DNA of 63,682 nucleotides, filler included, from Welwitschia mirabilis (Eukaryota), in assembly GCA_051453625.1 (NCBI GenBank). It is 5 parts of one record of this genome, joined end to end, with 100 filler letters (N's around TTAATTAATTAA, not from the genome) between each part and the next. Parts side by side here need not be neighbours in the genome. Positions count along the whole stretch, not along the records: positions 36,037 to 56,170 come from JBOZIK010000001.1; 4 more parts are not named here. One strand, given 5' to 3'. This document shows, piece after piece, positions 38,972 to 51,429 of this stretch; the first letter of the stretch is position 1; each line of letters begins with the position of its first letter. The notes beneath the pieces were generated by a model that saw only the letters and a list, made by a program, of their open reading frames with translations, was not told the DNA's origin and searched no databases. The position numbers and the translations under genes were made by a program.

Positions 38972-41900
38972 TGTAACCCACATTTTGTAGTCTTTAACTA
39001 GTAACTAGAATGACATGATTATGAGAGTTTTTAAACTATGTAATACTTCTCAATATCAATTTTAATGAAAATCCTTTTGTTAGTAAGGATTAATATGTAG
39101 CCTTACAATTAATAATGTATTATATTTCTTATATCAAACATATAATTTGATTATAGATACTCATAAGGTTAATTGTTTAATCTTAGTATTAGGTAATTTT
39201 ACTATTTTAAATTATAATAATAGTTATAAGCATTTTAATACTAAATAAACCTATTTATGATTAAGCAAGTCATTTACATAGTTAAATAGTTAAATTAAAA
39301 AATTTATATGAAGGTGTAAAATAATGTCTACAAAAATGGCATGTGACATATTTATTTTAATAATTTATCCATGCATCTTATTTAAAAAAGAAATTAAAAT
39401 TACTTGGTATAAGTGAAAGAATAATAAGTAAAAGTACTATGTTCAACTATGATAATTTCTTACATTTAATTATTACATTTTCTTTATTCAATTATAACAT
39501 TTTATTACATTCCCTTATGACATTTTTCTTACATTCAATTATAGCATTCCTTACNNNNNNNNNNNNNNNNNNNNNNNNNNNNNNNNNNNNNNNNNNNNNN
39601 NNNNNNNNNNNNNNNNNNNNNNNNNNNNNNNNNNNNNNNNNNNNNNNNNNNNNNNNNNNNNNNNNNNNNNNNNNNNNNNNNNNNNNNNNNNNNNNNNNNN
39701 NNNNNNNNNNNNNNNNNTAGTATTTTTCTTGTTACATCACATAATAATTTTGAAATTGGTGCATTTATTTTTCGAATGCTTTTTAAATATGTTTTAGATT
39801 AATTATGAGCTTATGAAGGATTAAGAAGGAATTAACATGAGGAAATGATGTATTTAATTAATCTAATTAATTAAAAAATATTAATCACCCAAATTAAGTG
39901 CACTGGTCATAAATAAGATTCCTTTTATTATTCATACATTACTTTTACTTCTTACACAAGCTATTACATTTTCTCATTGATTAATTTTATCAATGTCACT
40001 TCTACACAAGTTCATTCAACTTGTTATTGATCAATATTGTCATTGAATTTACATTCTCTATCACTTTTATATAAAGTCTATCCCACTTATTATTGATCAG
40101 TCTTATCATTATTATTAACATATCAATGTCTATTTTACACAAGATCCATTTAACTTATCATTGATCAATACTATCAAGTAAAAGAAATTCCCTTATCTTA
40201 TGTGTAAAATTATATAAGTGGTTTTTAACCAATTATATTAAGGACCTTTGGTATATCATCTGTCTATAGATAAAGTCCTCTTCCTTCTTCTCAAACTAGT
40301 ATTCTTCAAGTAAGTTTATGCTACCAAAATTTCTTCTTAACCTTTCATCCTCTTAAGTGTGGAGCTAAAGCTTAGAGCTTGGAGCTTGGAGCTTAAAAGC
40401 TTAGAGAAAGGATCTTGGAGATTAGCAATTCCTCAATATTCTTCAAAGATCATCAATATTCTTTCCTTTAGGTAGGTTCTTATTTCATTAGAAGTTTAGC
40501 TCCATTTCTTANNNNNNNNNNNNNNNNNNNNNNNNNNNNNNNNNNNNNNNNNNNNNNNNNNNNNNNNNNNNNNNNNNNNNNNNNNNNNNNNNNNNNNNNN
40601 NNNNNNNNNNNTTCTTCAAAGATCATCAATATTCTTTCCTTTAGGTAGGTTCTTATTTCATTAGAAGTTTAGCTCCATTTCTTACACTAGGCTTATGCAT
40701 ATGATTTGTATTGTCCATCCAATTGGTTAATACTAAGATAGCAGAAAGATTTGAGGGATATTTTTACATACTTAGTTGATGGGGATACTAATGGTTATAT
40801 ATATATATATATATATATTCCCTCTCATTGGCATAGACAAANNNNNNNNNNNNNNNNNNNNNNNNNNNNNNNNNNNNNNNNNNNNNNNNNNNNNNNNNNN
40901 NNNNNNNNNNNNNNNNNNNNNNNNNNNNNNNNNNNNNNNNNTTAATACTAAGATAGCAGAAAGATTTGAGGGATATTTTTATATACTTAGCTGATGGGGA
41001 TACTAATGGTTATATATATATATAAAATTCCCTCTCATTGGCATAGATAAACATAAGGAAGAGAGTTGAGAAACTTCTTAACATGCTTAGATTCTATGTG
41101 TCTAATGGATATTTTGTCCAAGTGACTAGGGGTTTACTATGATTTTGGGTATCCATGTTGTATTGCATTGTATTATTATTTGAATGCATTTACTTTAGAT
41201 TTGCATTAGAGGCTTATTAAGATGAATAAGCCTGATCCTCAAGAATTTATTTAAGCTAGACATATCTTCTTAGAAAATCCTAAGGCTTATAGTATTGATG
41301 CATTATTTATTATAGTAAGTTGAGTTTATATTACTTATGATTATATTTTATATATTTAGAATAAAATTTTTATTATGCTTTTATAATTAATTTAATTTAT
41401 TTTTATTTTTATAAATTAGTATAAATTCTCTTGTTCTTAGTTTAGTTAAATTTTTTTTTTAAAGGTGAAGTAACTTAAGAAAGTCATAACTCATTTAATA
41501 CTAATTGAAACTTTATGGAATTTTTTTTAGGTCTATAATCATGTTAGTAAGTTAGAAGTTCTAAAATAGTAATTTTTTTAGAAGTAAAATAACTTTTAAA
41601 ATTTGTTTTATAAAAATATCTCAAAAAATTATAAGCAAAAAGTNNNNNNNNNNNNNNNNNNNNNNNNNNNNNNNNNNNNNNNNNNNNNNNNNNNNNNNNN
41701 NNNNNNNNNNNNNNNNNNNNNNNNNNNNNNNNNNNNNNNNNNNAGTTAGAAGTTCTAAAATAGTAATTTTTTTAGGAGTAAAATAACTTTTAAAATTTGT
41801 TTTATGAAAATATCTCAAAAAATTATAAGCAAAAAGTACCAAGCAAAAAGTTTCAGTTTTTAGAATTTATGGAATTTTTTTAAAAATGGAGTAGTTCAAC

Positions 41901-44106
41901 TTGTAGCGAATTTAATAAGGGTTTCAAAAACTCTTTACTTATTACAAAAATCCAAGTAGATTAAAAATTATGGCCATTTTAGTTAAGGGTATTAGTTTTG
42001 ANNNNNNNNNNNNNNNNNNNNNNNNNNNAATTTAAAGTTTAAACCTATAACATACATGCAGACTAATTCAAATTTATTAAAATTAGTTTTTAAGGATATT
42101 AAGCTGAATTTATTTTTACATTTTAAATTATTAATTAGAATTTTTTAGTTTTAATGCCTTATAAAAAAAGAAAATTTGTAATTAATTTTAATAATCATAG
42201 AAAATTATCTAATGCAAATACAAAATTATTTTAAAATTTATATAATTTTTAATTAATCTAAGTTTATTTTTCTATTAATTTTATATACTATTTATTAAAA
42301 TTTAGGCTTTTATTCTTCCTTTCAAGCATAAACATNNNNNNNNNNNNNNNNNNNNNNNNNNNNNNNNNNNNNNNNNNNNNNNNNNNNNNNNNNNNNNNNN
42401 NNNNNNNNNNNNNNNNNNNNNNNNNNNNNNNNNNNAAAAGAAAATTTGTAATTAATTTTAATAATCATAGAAAATTATCTAATGCAAGTACAAAATTATT
42501 TTAAAATTTATATAATTTTTAATTAATCTAAGCTTATTTTTCTATTAATTTTATATACTATTTATTAAAATTTAGGCTTTTATTCTTCCTTTCAAGCATA
42601 AACATTAGGGTTATCTATTTAATAATTCTAGAGATGTGTAGCTAAATTAATTAGCTTTATTAATTATTCTTTTTAATAACATATACATATATTTTACCTA
42701 GCTTTATTTTGATATAGACACTTAGAAATTAAAAAGGATAGGTTTATAAGTTGGCTTAGTTTCATAAATAGAACATGTTTCTATAATAGAACTTGGATGG
42801 ATTAAGGTGTCTTATTTAGAAAGAACTACTATAACGTAGAAAAACGAAGAGATGTTTTCTTTCTTTTATTTTCATTGTTACACTTTGAAAATGTATGATA
42901 TTTCCTTTATGTAAAATCAAAAAGATGCTTATATGTTTTNNNNNNNNNNNNNNNNNNNNNNNNNNNNNNNNNNNNNNNNNNNNNNNNNNNNNNNNNNNNN
43001 NNNNNNNNNNNNNNNNNNNNNNNNNNNNNNNNNNNNNNNTATGATATTTCCTTTATGTAAAATCAAAAAGATGCTTATATGTTTTACTCTTCTTTTGTAT
43101 GATTGTCTTCTTAAAATAAACCCAATGATGATTAGATTATTTTTACTAGGTAAACAATCCACTAAATATTCACATATTATATGCTTACATTTGTATGGTG
43201 TATTCATTCAACTAAACCAAGATAATATTAATAATTATTCATCCCCATACTTGAATTTTATCACTAAGTGGGTTGCATTATATTTTTATTTTCAAACCCT
43301 TTTAGAAGTGGATTTGATTNNNNNNNNNNNNNNNNNNNNNNNNNNNNNNNNNNNNNNNNNNNNNNNNNNNNNNNNNNNNNNNNNNNNNNNNNNNNNNNNN
43401 NNNNNNNNNNNNNNNNNNNTTAATAATTATTCATCCCCATACTTGGATTTTATCACTAAGTGGGTTGCATTATATTTTTATTTTCAAACCCTTTTAGAAG
43501 TGGATTTGATTATCACTCTCCTACCTTACCCATGCATGGACTTACTCCAACTTAATATCTCAATCCCTTGGTATTAAAAGATCATATTGCACCATCTTGC
43601 AATGTTTCAAGTAAGTGGGGGTCATTTTTAAGCATGCATTCACCTTATGTACCACCTGTTACCCATATTGGGGGTATATCAAGGTGAAGTCTAAGCTTAT
43701 AAAGTTGAGCCCAATCATATATAGTTTAGAACCTGAAGTAGAATCAACTCATATCTGAAGGATGGTTAAATATCAAGTTGGAATGCTATTAATAAGAGAT
43801 CTAACCTACTATTATATTCATTAAGCACTATCTTAAAACTTATTCATTATGTGTGATAAAACAAGTTAACATCCCATTAACTTTATACAAGATATCTTTG
43901 CATGGTGAAATCAAAAGTTTGAAATAAATATAGGACATAATTTTGAAATAGTTATTGTATGCAAACCAAAGGTTTTATAATTAAGTGATAATTATCTTAT
44001 CTAATTATTTTAAATCTTATAATTTTTTAATAGGGTCTAAATAGGATTTGGTCCTAGATTCCGTTGTGCATATTATTTAATAATGCTTAAAAAAAGTTAT
44101 GGTTAA
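38972..44106 (+). repeat. 3' LTR of the gypsy element (end lies in an N gap; length inflated by gap-flank duplications)
   Basis: Starts TGTAACCC after integrase/chromodomain; matches the 5' LTR up to ..TATGGTTAA (44106). Confidence 0.75.
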
Positions 44107-44399
44107 NNNNNNNNNNNNNNNNNNNNNNNNNNNNNNNNNNNNNNNNNNNNNNNNNNNNNNNNNNNNNNNNNNNNNNNNNNNNNNNNNNNNNNNNNNNNNN
44201 NNNNNNNNNNNNNNNNNNNNNNNNNNNNNNNNNNNNNNNNNNNNNNNNNNNNNNNNNNNNNAATTTTGAATAGTATAAAAATTTGGATGAAAATTTGAAA
44301 TGTAATAAGATTAAATTAATAATTTAAGAATCATTTAACAAACTACTTCATGATTTATTCAATGTAATATTTTATGTTGAATTGACCATAAACAAATTA

Positions 44400-45150
44400 G
44401 CTTTTCAGAAATGGAATGTATATCTAGCAAAAAGTATCCTTATTAAAGGTAGTCTTTCTTAGGTTAAAATTTAGGATTAAAATTGCAAAGAATGTCTTAA
44501 ATATTGAAATAGCCTTCTCCTATCCATCCTTTAGATCATTTTTCTTTTAATGGTAATATTAATTTTAATCATATCAATTCACTTTATCATTTCAAGAATT
44601 ACTTTGTGCAATTATTTTAAGCTACTCCTATGAGTACAAGTTTGAAGAGGATACTTCATTCTTCTTTACATTGGTTACTTCTACTATGTCATAAATATTA
44701 GAAGCTAATATTATTATAGATGGATTAAAACAAGCTTGCTTTCGCATGAGTGATGGATGGATTCTGTTATAAAATAAACATAGAAAGTATCACAATATAT
44801 TATTAAAAACTATCAACAATGTTGGAAAGGTATAGAAATTATGCTACTATTAACTTGAAATAAGCACACTTCATTAAAATAAAGTACACAAAGGATTACT
44901 AAAGAACTAGTTATGACATAACTATTTAGCTCAAAATTCATCATTACAATGGTCTTATGATGAAGTTACTTGAACTAGTCAGGTTATTTATTAAAATCAA
45001 ACTACTATGTACATATAATACATCAAGGAGAAATAGAGAAAGAAATAAAATGTAACTGATGTTAAGTAACTTGCTAATCAATACTTATTAATAAGTACTA
45101 AAAATATCTTAGTTTATGTTTAGCTACACAAATAGAAGTGAGATAGAAGC
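44400..45150 (+). mobile_element. Possible decayed hAT transposase (DUF659-like) fragment
   Basis: MSDGW motif at ~44746-44760, upstream NINFNHINS; otherwise eroded. Confidence 0.35.
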
Positions 45151-45639
45151 AATATTACTTTTTCAAGTAATAAAAGATACACACAATAATATTTAAATTG
45201 TTTTCAGCTTTTATATCGAAATACTAATTGTACATAAAGGTGAGCTAACAAATGTGTTCTCCTTTTCAGGTAATACTATGGAATGTAGGAAAGTGTTGCT
45301 GATACCTTTACAGGTGAGCTGGAGTTTCCTTACTTTACTTCTTTGCCTTATTTATTGCTAGAACTTATGTGCCAAAAAGATCCCCCCTCTTTGATCGTAA
45401 TCACATTTTTATACCCTAGTCAGTTTTTTAGTTTCCTTTCTTTGCTCCTTAAGAATAGGCAAGTGGTTGAGGTTATTATGCTGATTCACTCCTCAACCTT
45501 CTCTCTCATCTTCATGCCACTTGGCATCCTGTGCCTGAAATATAATAATAAAATATATATATACTAACCTACTGGCATACTAATCACTAACCTATTTATT
45601 AGTAGGCATAAAGATAATTAAAAGCATCTATTTTCTGAT

Positions 45640-48270
45640 GAAATATATAATCAACATAAGGAAAAATATTTCATTACTAAGCAAATTATTACATAAAATT
45701 TAGCTTCATCAATAAGTAATGGTAAAGCTCTAGAATATAATGGTTTACTACTTGAATTTTTCAAAACTTATTGGGATCTCATTGGTAATGATCTTTTTCA
45801 TGCCATTCAAGAAGCAATAGCTATAGGATTCTTTGAATCATTGTTTAAATCAATGAGTGATTAAAATTCTTTCAAACCTAGTGATCCAACTTAGATTAGT
45901 AACTAACATCCAATTACTCTTCTCAGTGTGGTATAAATAATTTGAATTAAATGTTTTCTTTAACATTAAAGAGGATTCTTCCATAAATCATAGTTTTTTA
46001 GAAAATAGGTTTTCTTACCAAAAGTTATATCTTAAATACTGTGATAGGAACTTAGGAAGGTTTGCAATGAGTAAAAGATATTAATCAAGATGTCATTTTC
46101 ACCAAATTAGATTATTCTAAGACTTACGATTGTATTAAGTGAAATTTGCTTCTTCAAGTTATTTCAAGACTTGGTTTTAATCATAAATTCTTCATATGAT
46201 TAGTTATCTATTTACTAATCTTAATGCTTAAATAGCTCTAAATTTTGATATTAATTTGCATTTTACTATTCATCATTTAATAAAGAAATGTTATCCTTCA
46301 TTCACTTATCTATTTATTATTGTAGCAGAGTTTTTTTTGTGATTAGATTTAAGGAGATATTTAGAGTAAGGCTATTAAGGGCATCATTCTCTCCAATCCT
46401 AATCATCAAATTTTTAATATGTGCTTTGCTTATGGCTACTTTCTTTTAAGTTAACAAAAACTATGTTGTTACTAATCAAATTTTATATTGAATTAATTCA
46501 TATTGCTCTCTTTTAAGCTCTTCTATCAATTCATTTCAATCATCTATTTATAATTTCATAAAAAATTATTAGAATTTAGTAGATAAAAGATGGAAGTTAG
46601 TGCAAGGCCAAGACATTACTAAAATTCTAGGGATTATTTTTAGGTTTCAAGCTTTTCCTTCTTCCATTTAGGCTTAAATTCTTCTTAGAGTTTAGAAAAA
46701 GATGGAGAAATGAAAAACATCTCTTACTTTAGCATGTAAGTTCCAACTTGTAATACTATTTTAGAATTTACTTGTGCTTATCATTCCTCTTGTTTAGCAT
46801 CTTCTTGGTCTACATACTAGAAATTAGAGCATTTATTTAGGAATTTCCTATGATCATCTAAATATTCTTAGGAAGGATTCATTGGGTAGTCTAGGATATA
46901 ACTATTTTATTTAAACGACAAGGTGGTTTAGGTTTCATAAATTATTTTAAGCATGATCTTATAGTGGTGGCTAAGTGGGTTTTTTAGCATCTATATTCTC
47001 AAGATATTGTTAGAAAATTCTTATATTTTTGTCTTCAATAAGATTTTCCTAAAAATTAACCCTTTTGAAAGGGAATTCACTTTATTAATCAAATTTTCTC
47101 TTTGCAAAAAATAAATCTACTAAGCATAGATTTTTTTTTCCCAATATTTGGAAAGCTTGGAAAGTATTACATCAATATATTGATTGGGAAGACATTTCTA
47201 TGCATGTAAATATTCTTAATTATCTTCCTCTTTGATAGCTATTGTTATAGCCTACTCCAATTACTTTCAAAAATTTTGTGTTAGTAATTGATTTGAAAAA
47301 GATGGTGTTTCTCTTAGTTTCTTGAAGCTAGGATGTCAATAGATTTCTTGGGAATAATCCAAAACCCTTTATGGTGCCTCTTTCACCTTGTAATGTTTCT
47401 TTTTTAGAGGTCAAAATTTTCTTCTTTAGCATCAGCATTTAGAAAAATTCCAAACAATGTTTCTTTGAGGTTATCAATTTGGTTAATGGCTTAGTAATTT
47501 TTTTGTATAAGTCTTCCACACATTTTAGTAGATTCATAGTTCATCAGCTCTTATTGCTTGTTATAACAGACTTTGGCATAAACATGATAATAAGCATTTC
47601 TAGGTGAATATCTTTAGCAAATTTTGAAAACCTTTATCACTTCCCAAAATCAAGAATTTTCTTTGGTACTTTCTTTGTCAAGGTTTACTTGTTAGTAACA
47701 ACATTCAGCATTTGGATATTCTCAACCTAATCTGCCCTTAATGTGGTATACCTAAAAGTTATAGTCATGTTTCTTCACAATGCCCTTTTTCCCAAAACAC
47801 TTGGATAGACATGCAAAGGTCTGCTAAATATTCAATTTTTAAAAAATTTGGTATTCTTTAGCTTTTTGACAAATGCCAATACTCATGTTAAATTTCTCTA
47901 TAGAGTTATTTGTCCTCTTACTTTATGCCAAGTTTGGAAGTGCAGATATGATTTAATATTTCATAGGATAGAGTATCCTTGCTCCACTATCCCCATCCTT
48001 TAATTGTCTAGGAGAAAACCAATATTTTGCAAAATGTTTATTTTTAGAATTGAAACTTTTTATATCATATATTTTTTTTTAAATTCTATTTATGTATGTC
48101 TTTATACTAATCAGATTAATGGCTTCATCCTAAGGTTGTAGTGCCTTGTTTTTAAGTTTCTTAAAGCATATTTATTATTCAAGCCACGATTCTTTGATTG
48201 CAGACTTCTTTTCAAATTGTAATGAATACTTTTTTCTAGGGATTGACACCCCTCTGCCCTTCTAATTTAA
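45640..48270 (+). mobile_element. 5'-truncated L1-clade LINE ORF2 (RT and C-terminal zinc finger), decayed
   Basis: GKALEYNGLLLEFFKTYWDLIGND, KLDYSKTYD (RT), KRQGGLGF, LPKIKNFLW..ICP*CG..SHVSSQCPFSQNTW (zf-RVT-like). Confidence 0.85.
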
Positions 48271-48429
48271 ACAAGTTTGATTATTCATTTAGTATAATCA
48301 ACCATTCCTATTGAAGCATGACATAGAGTGAGGTTGGCTCAACCCATGTTTAGAATTTAGCTTAAGATGTCCTACATTGTGCAAGGTGGCTTACTATTGA
48401 TATCCATATATGGAAGGCACAGTTAGGTG

Positions 48430-48760
48430 CAAGTTTCAATGTCTTGCATTTCCACATCAACAAGGAGCACCCTTGGATATGAATCACAAATAAGACCTAG
48501 ATATTTGGTATCCAGCCATAGGTCAATAGGTGCCCCTCTTGGGCCTTGACCTAGCTAAGTAAATCGTATCCATGTATTGAAAGTTGCAATGAAGTGTAAG
48601 TTTCAATATCTTAGGTATTGTAGTTGACAAGGATCACCATTGGGTATGAAACACAAGTGAGACCTTAACATTTGGTGGTAAGCCTGGTCATCCATAGGCG
48701 AATAAGGGCCATGCATGGGCCTCAGCTTGGCAAGGCAAACCAATAACAATAGTGGGTATA
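48430..48760. repeat. Degenerate ~170-bp tandem duplication
   Basis: CAAGGA.CACC.TTGG.TATGAA.CACAA.T.AGACCT..A.ATTTGGT...CCATAGG..AATA.G.GCC occurs twice. Confidence 0.65.
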
Positions 48761-49109
48761 GTACAGTTTCCTTGTATTAACTTCATTTTAAAAAAGTCAC
48801 TTTCTTCAATGTTTTTGCTTTAATTCTCTATTTTTCCCCAAGTTTCTTTTTATTCTCTGAACTCTGTACCCTCTTAGAGACATTTTGAGTTTCAGTTTCG
48901 GTAAAATGTTGTCTCACAAAAGACACCCACCTGTCGCCCTTTATAAGAGCATGGCACTTCATTAAGGAGGCTGTAGGTGTCCCTTCAAGCTTTAAAGTTG
49001 TGGTTGTCTTATCAGTTCCTCCTTAGGCATTTCAAGGTTCCCATAAGTCCTATTACATTACCAGTGGCTTCAAGATCGTATTATATCTGTTAAGGACTGT
49101 TGTGTGTTT

Positions 49110-50800
49110 CTGAAGACAAAACACGAAGATCATTGCTGTTCATATCGTTCTGCAACCAAAGCGGTCCTGTGGATCCTAATTTGAAGGCTCAGGCGGTTGG
49201 ATGCTGTGGAGTGATAAAGCAATCTACTTCAGTTTTACAACTCTGTTTGGAAAGATTTACCTTCTCCAAATACAACGGAGTCTGGTTTGGTGGTTGCGGA
49301 CTCTGGAAGATGTTACTCCAAAACTCTTTGCTGTCCATTGCATCCGCTGAAAGCGTTCTTCAAATAGACAAGAGTCACCAAACTGGAAGACCATCTTTTC
49401 TGAGAAATAAATTAGCCCATATATTTGTGATGTTAGTGTCGATAGAATATCCAACAAGTTGGCCATCTGCTTTCCTACAATTGCTATCAGCCATGAGAAA
49501 TGGCTGCATCGATACTGAAGTGTTCTGCCGTATATTCATCGAAGAAGATGAGACCGTTATAACCGGGCATTATTCTAGCGCTCCGGCGGAGAGTGTTATT
49601 GCAGTTAGAAGAAAGAATGCCGCGAGGAACCCTGCGTTCTTCACGTTGTGCAGGTTTGGCATGCGCTGGCAGGTTTTATAAGGACATAAACGAGCATATA
49701 ACTGCCAGAGTCTTAGATACGTTGAAAAGATATTGTGGGCACTGACAAACATCACTCGTTACGTCGGACTTTTCCAGTACCATGCTGAGTATGCCACCTT
49801 TTTATTGCGTACATTTCTGGGGGTTGGAGACATTCACTATCCAAATCACACTGTAAGTGAAGGGCGAGTTCTGTGTTTGTGAATTTAAACCCTAAACGGT
49901 AAATCAAGTGTTTGCACATTCAACTTGTTCGTTACATTGATGAATGTTTACCGAGTTTGAAAGTTGCAGTGGTAAATTACACAAAAGGTGGTGTAACCAA
50001 AGTCACATTCAATGCTTAAAGCTTGAAGGCTGCAACTATTTATATCTTTGAGGCTACTGGCTTGTTGATTGGGATGGAGGAATGCCTCTGGAGAAACAGT
50101 CTGAGCATCTCTGAGCTTCCTTGATTCCACTTTGTGAACAGACACTCGATGTGCTCCTGCAAGTGCTTGTAAAATTTCCTTCCATATCTTCCAAAAATAA
50201 TAGAACATCTACTTATTGACAGTGAGCCTATGGAAATGGTAGACCTCCTTGTTTTAATCAATCAACTTATTTGCAGGTTCAAGAGTGCAATGACCAGTAC
50301 ATTCAAGCAAGCAGAGTGTTTGCCATTTTGCCAAAACATGGCATTACATCAGGTCCGGGAAGCAATACAGAGGAAATCCAGGAGTTACAAGAGTCGCAAC
50401 GTACATTTTTAATACATATGATCTCTCCACAATGCTTGTCATTCTCAGACGTTCTGCATGCTTGACTCAAGTGATTGGTCTCCTTCTGAATGCAGCCTGC
50501 ACTCACAGTGACATGCTTCTCAGGAAGCTGTGTGTACAATTTTATATAAAACTAATTGAAGATTGGTGCACGCAACTTGATGAAGATGAGAAGTGCCTGC
50601 ATTTCGAAAATTTATTATAGAAAACTTTGCAGCAATATGCTGTTACTATGGTGTTTTTGATACTTCTTTCGAGTTCAGAGATGCTAACACAAATGCTCTG
50701 TGTGATGAAATCGTAACTGCCCAGAAAGTTATGTATGAGAATTTGTAAAGGGCATCATACAAAATTTGTTGCTCTATACCAGTTTTGACAGTAAATGCAA
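49110..50800 (+). pseudogene. PSD: Exportin-T (PAUSED/XPOT/Los1 family) pseudogene; apparently processed, internally deleted and frameshifted
   Basis: Fragments in collinear order that match plant exportin-T as I recall it. N-terminal: SGPVDPNLKAQAV..IKQSTSVLQLCLERFTFSK, PSFLRNKLAHIFVMLVSIEYPTSWPSAF, EVFCRIF. C-terminal: EMVDLLVLINQLICRF, SGPGSNTEEIQELQESQRTF, LLLNAACTHSDMLLRKLCVQFYIKLIEDWC, FDTSFEFRDANTNALCDEIVTAQKVMYE. Several frameshifts; no introns within the matching blocks. Confidence 0.85.
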
Positions 50801-51429
50801 AAGTGTGAGCCATCTTGAGAGGACATAATCAAAATTACTTCAATATGGGAAGATCTGTTGCATTCAGTTTATAGTGACAACCCGGGCTTGTTTTATTAAT
50901 TCATTAATTGTTGCAAAGAGTGTTTCTTTTATTTTTATTTTTTCCCTAAATTACTTGCCTTGTTATCACTTTCTTTAGTTGTAAACTCGTAACTGATTTG
51001 CAAAGGGATGAGTATTTGAAAGAGTTTGTATTGGTTTTTAGTGCTGCATCTTATCAGAAATGTAATATGACATAAGGAGTTCAAATAGGACTAAGTTAAT
51101 TTTTAGATTTAGAATCGGATACATAACTAGTGACTAGTAAGAAGAAGTTCTACTTAGAAGAAATTAGAAGTGAATGTTTTAAAGGAATGCCAAGCTACTT
51201 AAGAGTAAATGTATCTTTGGGGTTAAAAATGCAAATTGCTAGAGTAAAGATGAGTTCACACTATTTCAAAAGTGGAAAGAAGGAGATGACATAACCTTCC
51301 ATGTGAACAACATATCTATAGATTGTGTAATGGTGGAAAAACAAGGTATTTAATGGTAGATAGACACCACCCTTTGGCTTTATAGACTTTTTGTCCTAGT
51401 TGGCATATATTCACTCACAAGAATGGTTT

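Larger units (their letters stand above)
28444..44106 (+). mobile_element. Chromodomain-containing Ty3/gypsy (Tekay/Del-like) LTR retrotransposon, decayed; may be two copies joined at the linker 35937-36036
   Basis: Related LTRs start at ~28444 and 38972; decayed PBS TGGTATTATAGC at 32471. Domains: gag (KLNPSKFIGNSDPLKAEAWLSDIEK), protease (~35110), RT ([19 protein letters not shown]), RNase H (YIDALGKGL..HDFELAIVIF), integrase (HSGGIKMY..WWLGMKKD..CLNCQQVK, MSTSFHPQTNDQAER) and chromodomain (..YSPNEATW, ~38860). Confidence 0.9.

Noticed and set aside
49100..49681. 193-aa ORF as an intact stand-alone gene
   Set aside because: Non-ATG start, internal deletion and frame drift relative to exportin-T; it is part of the pseudogene.
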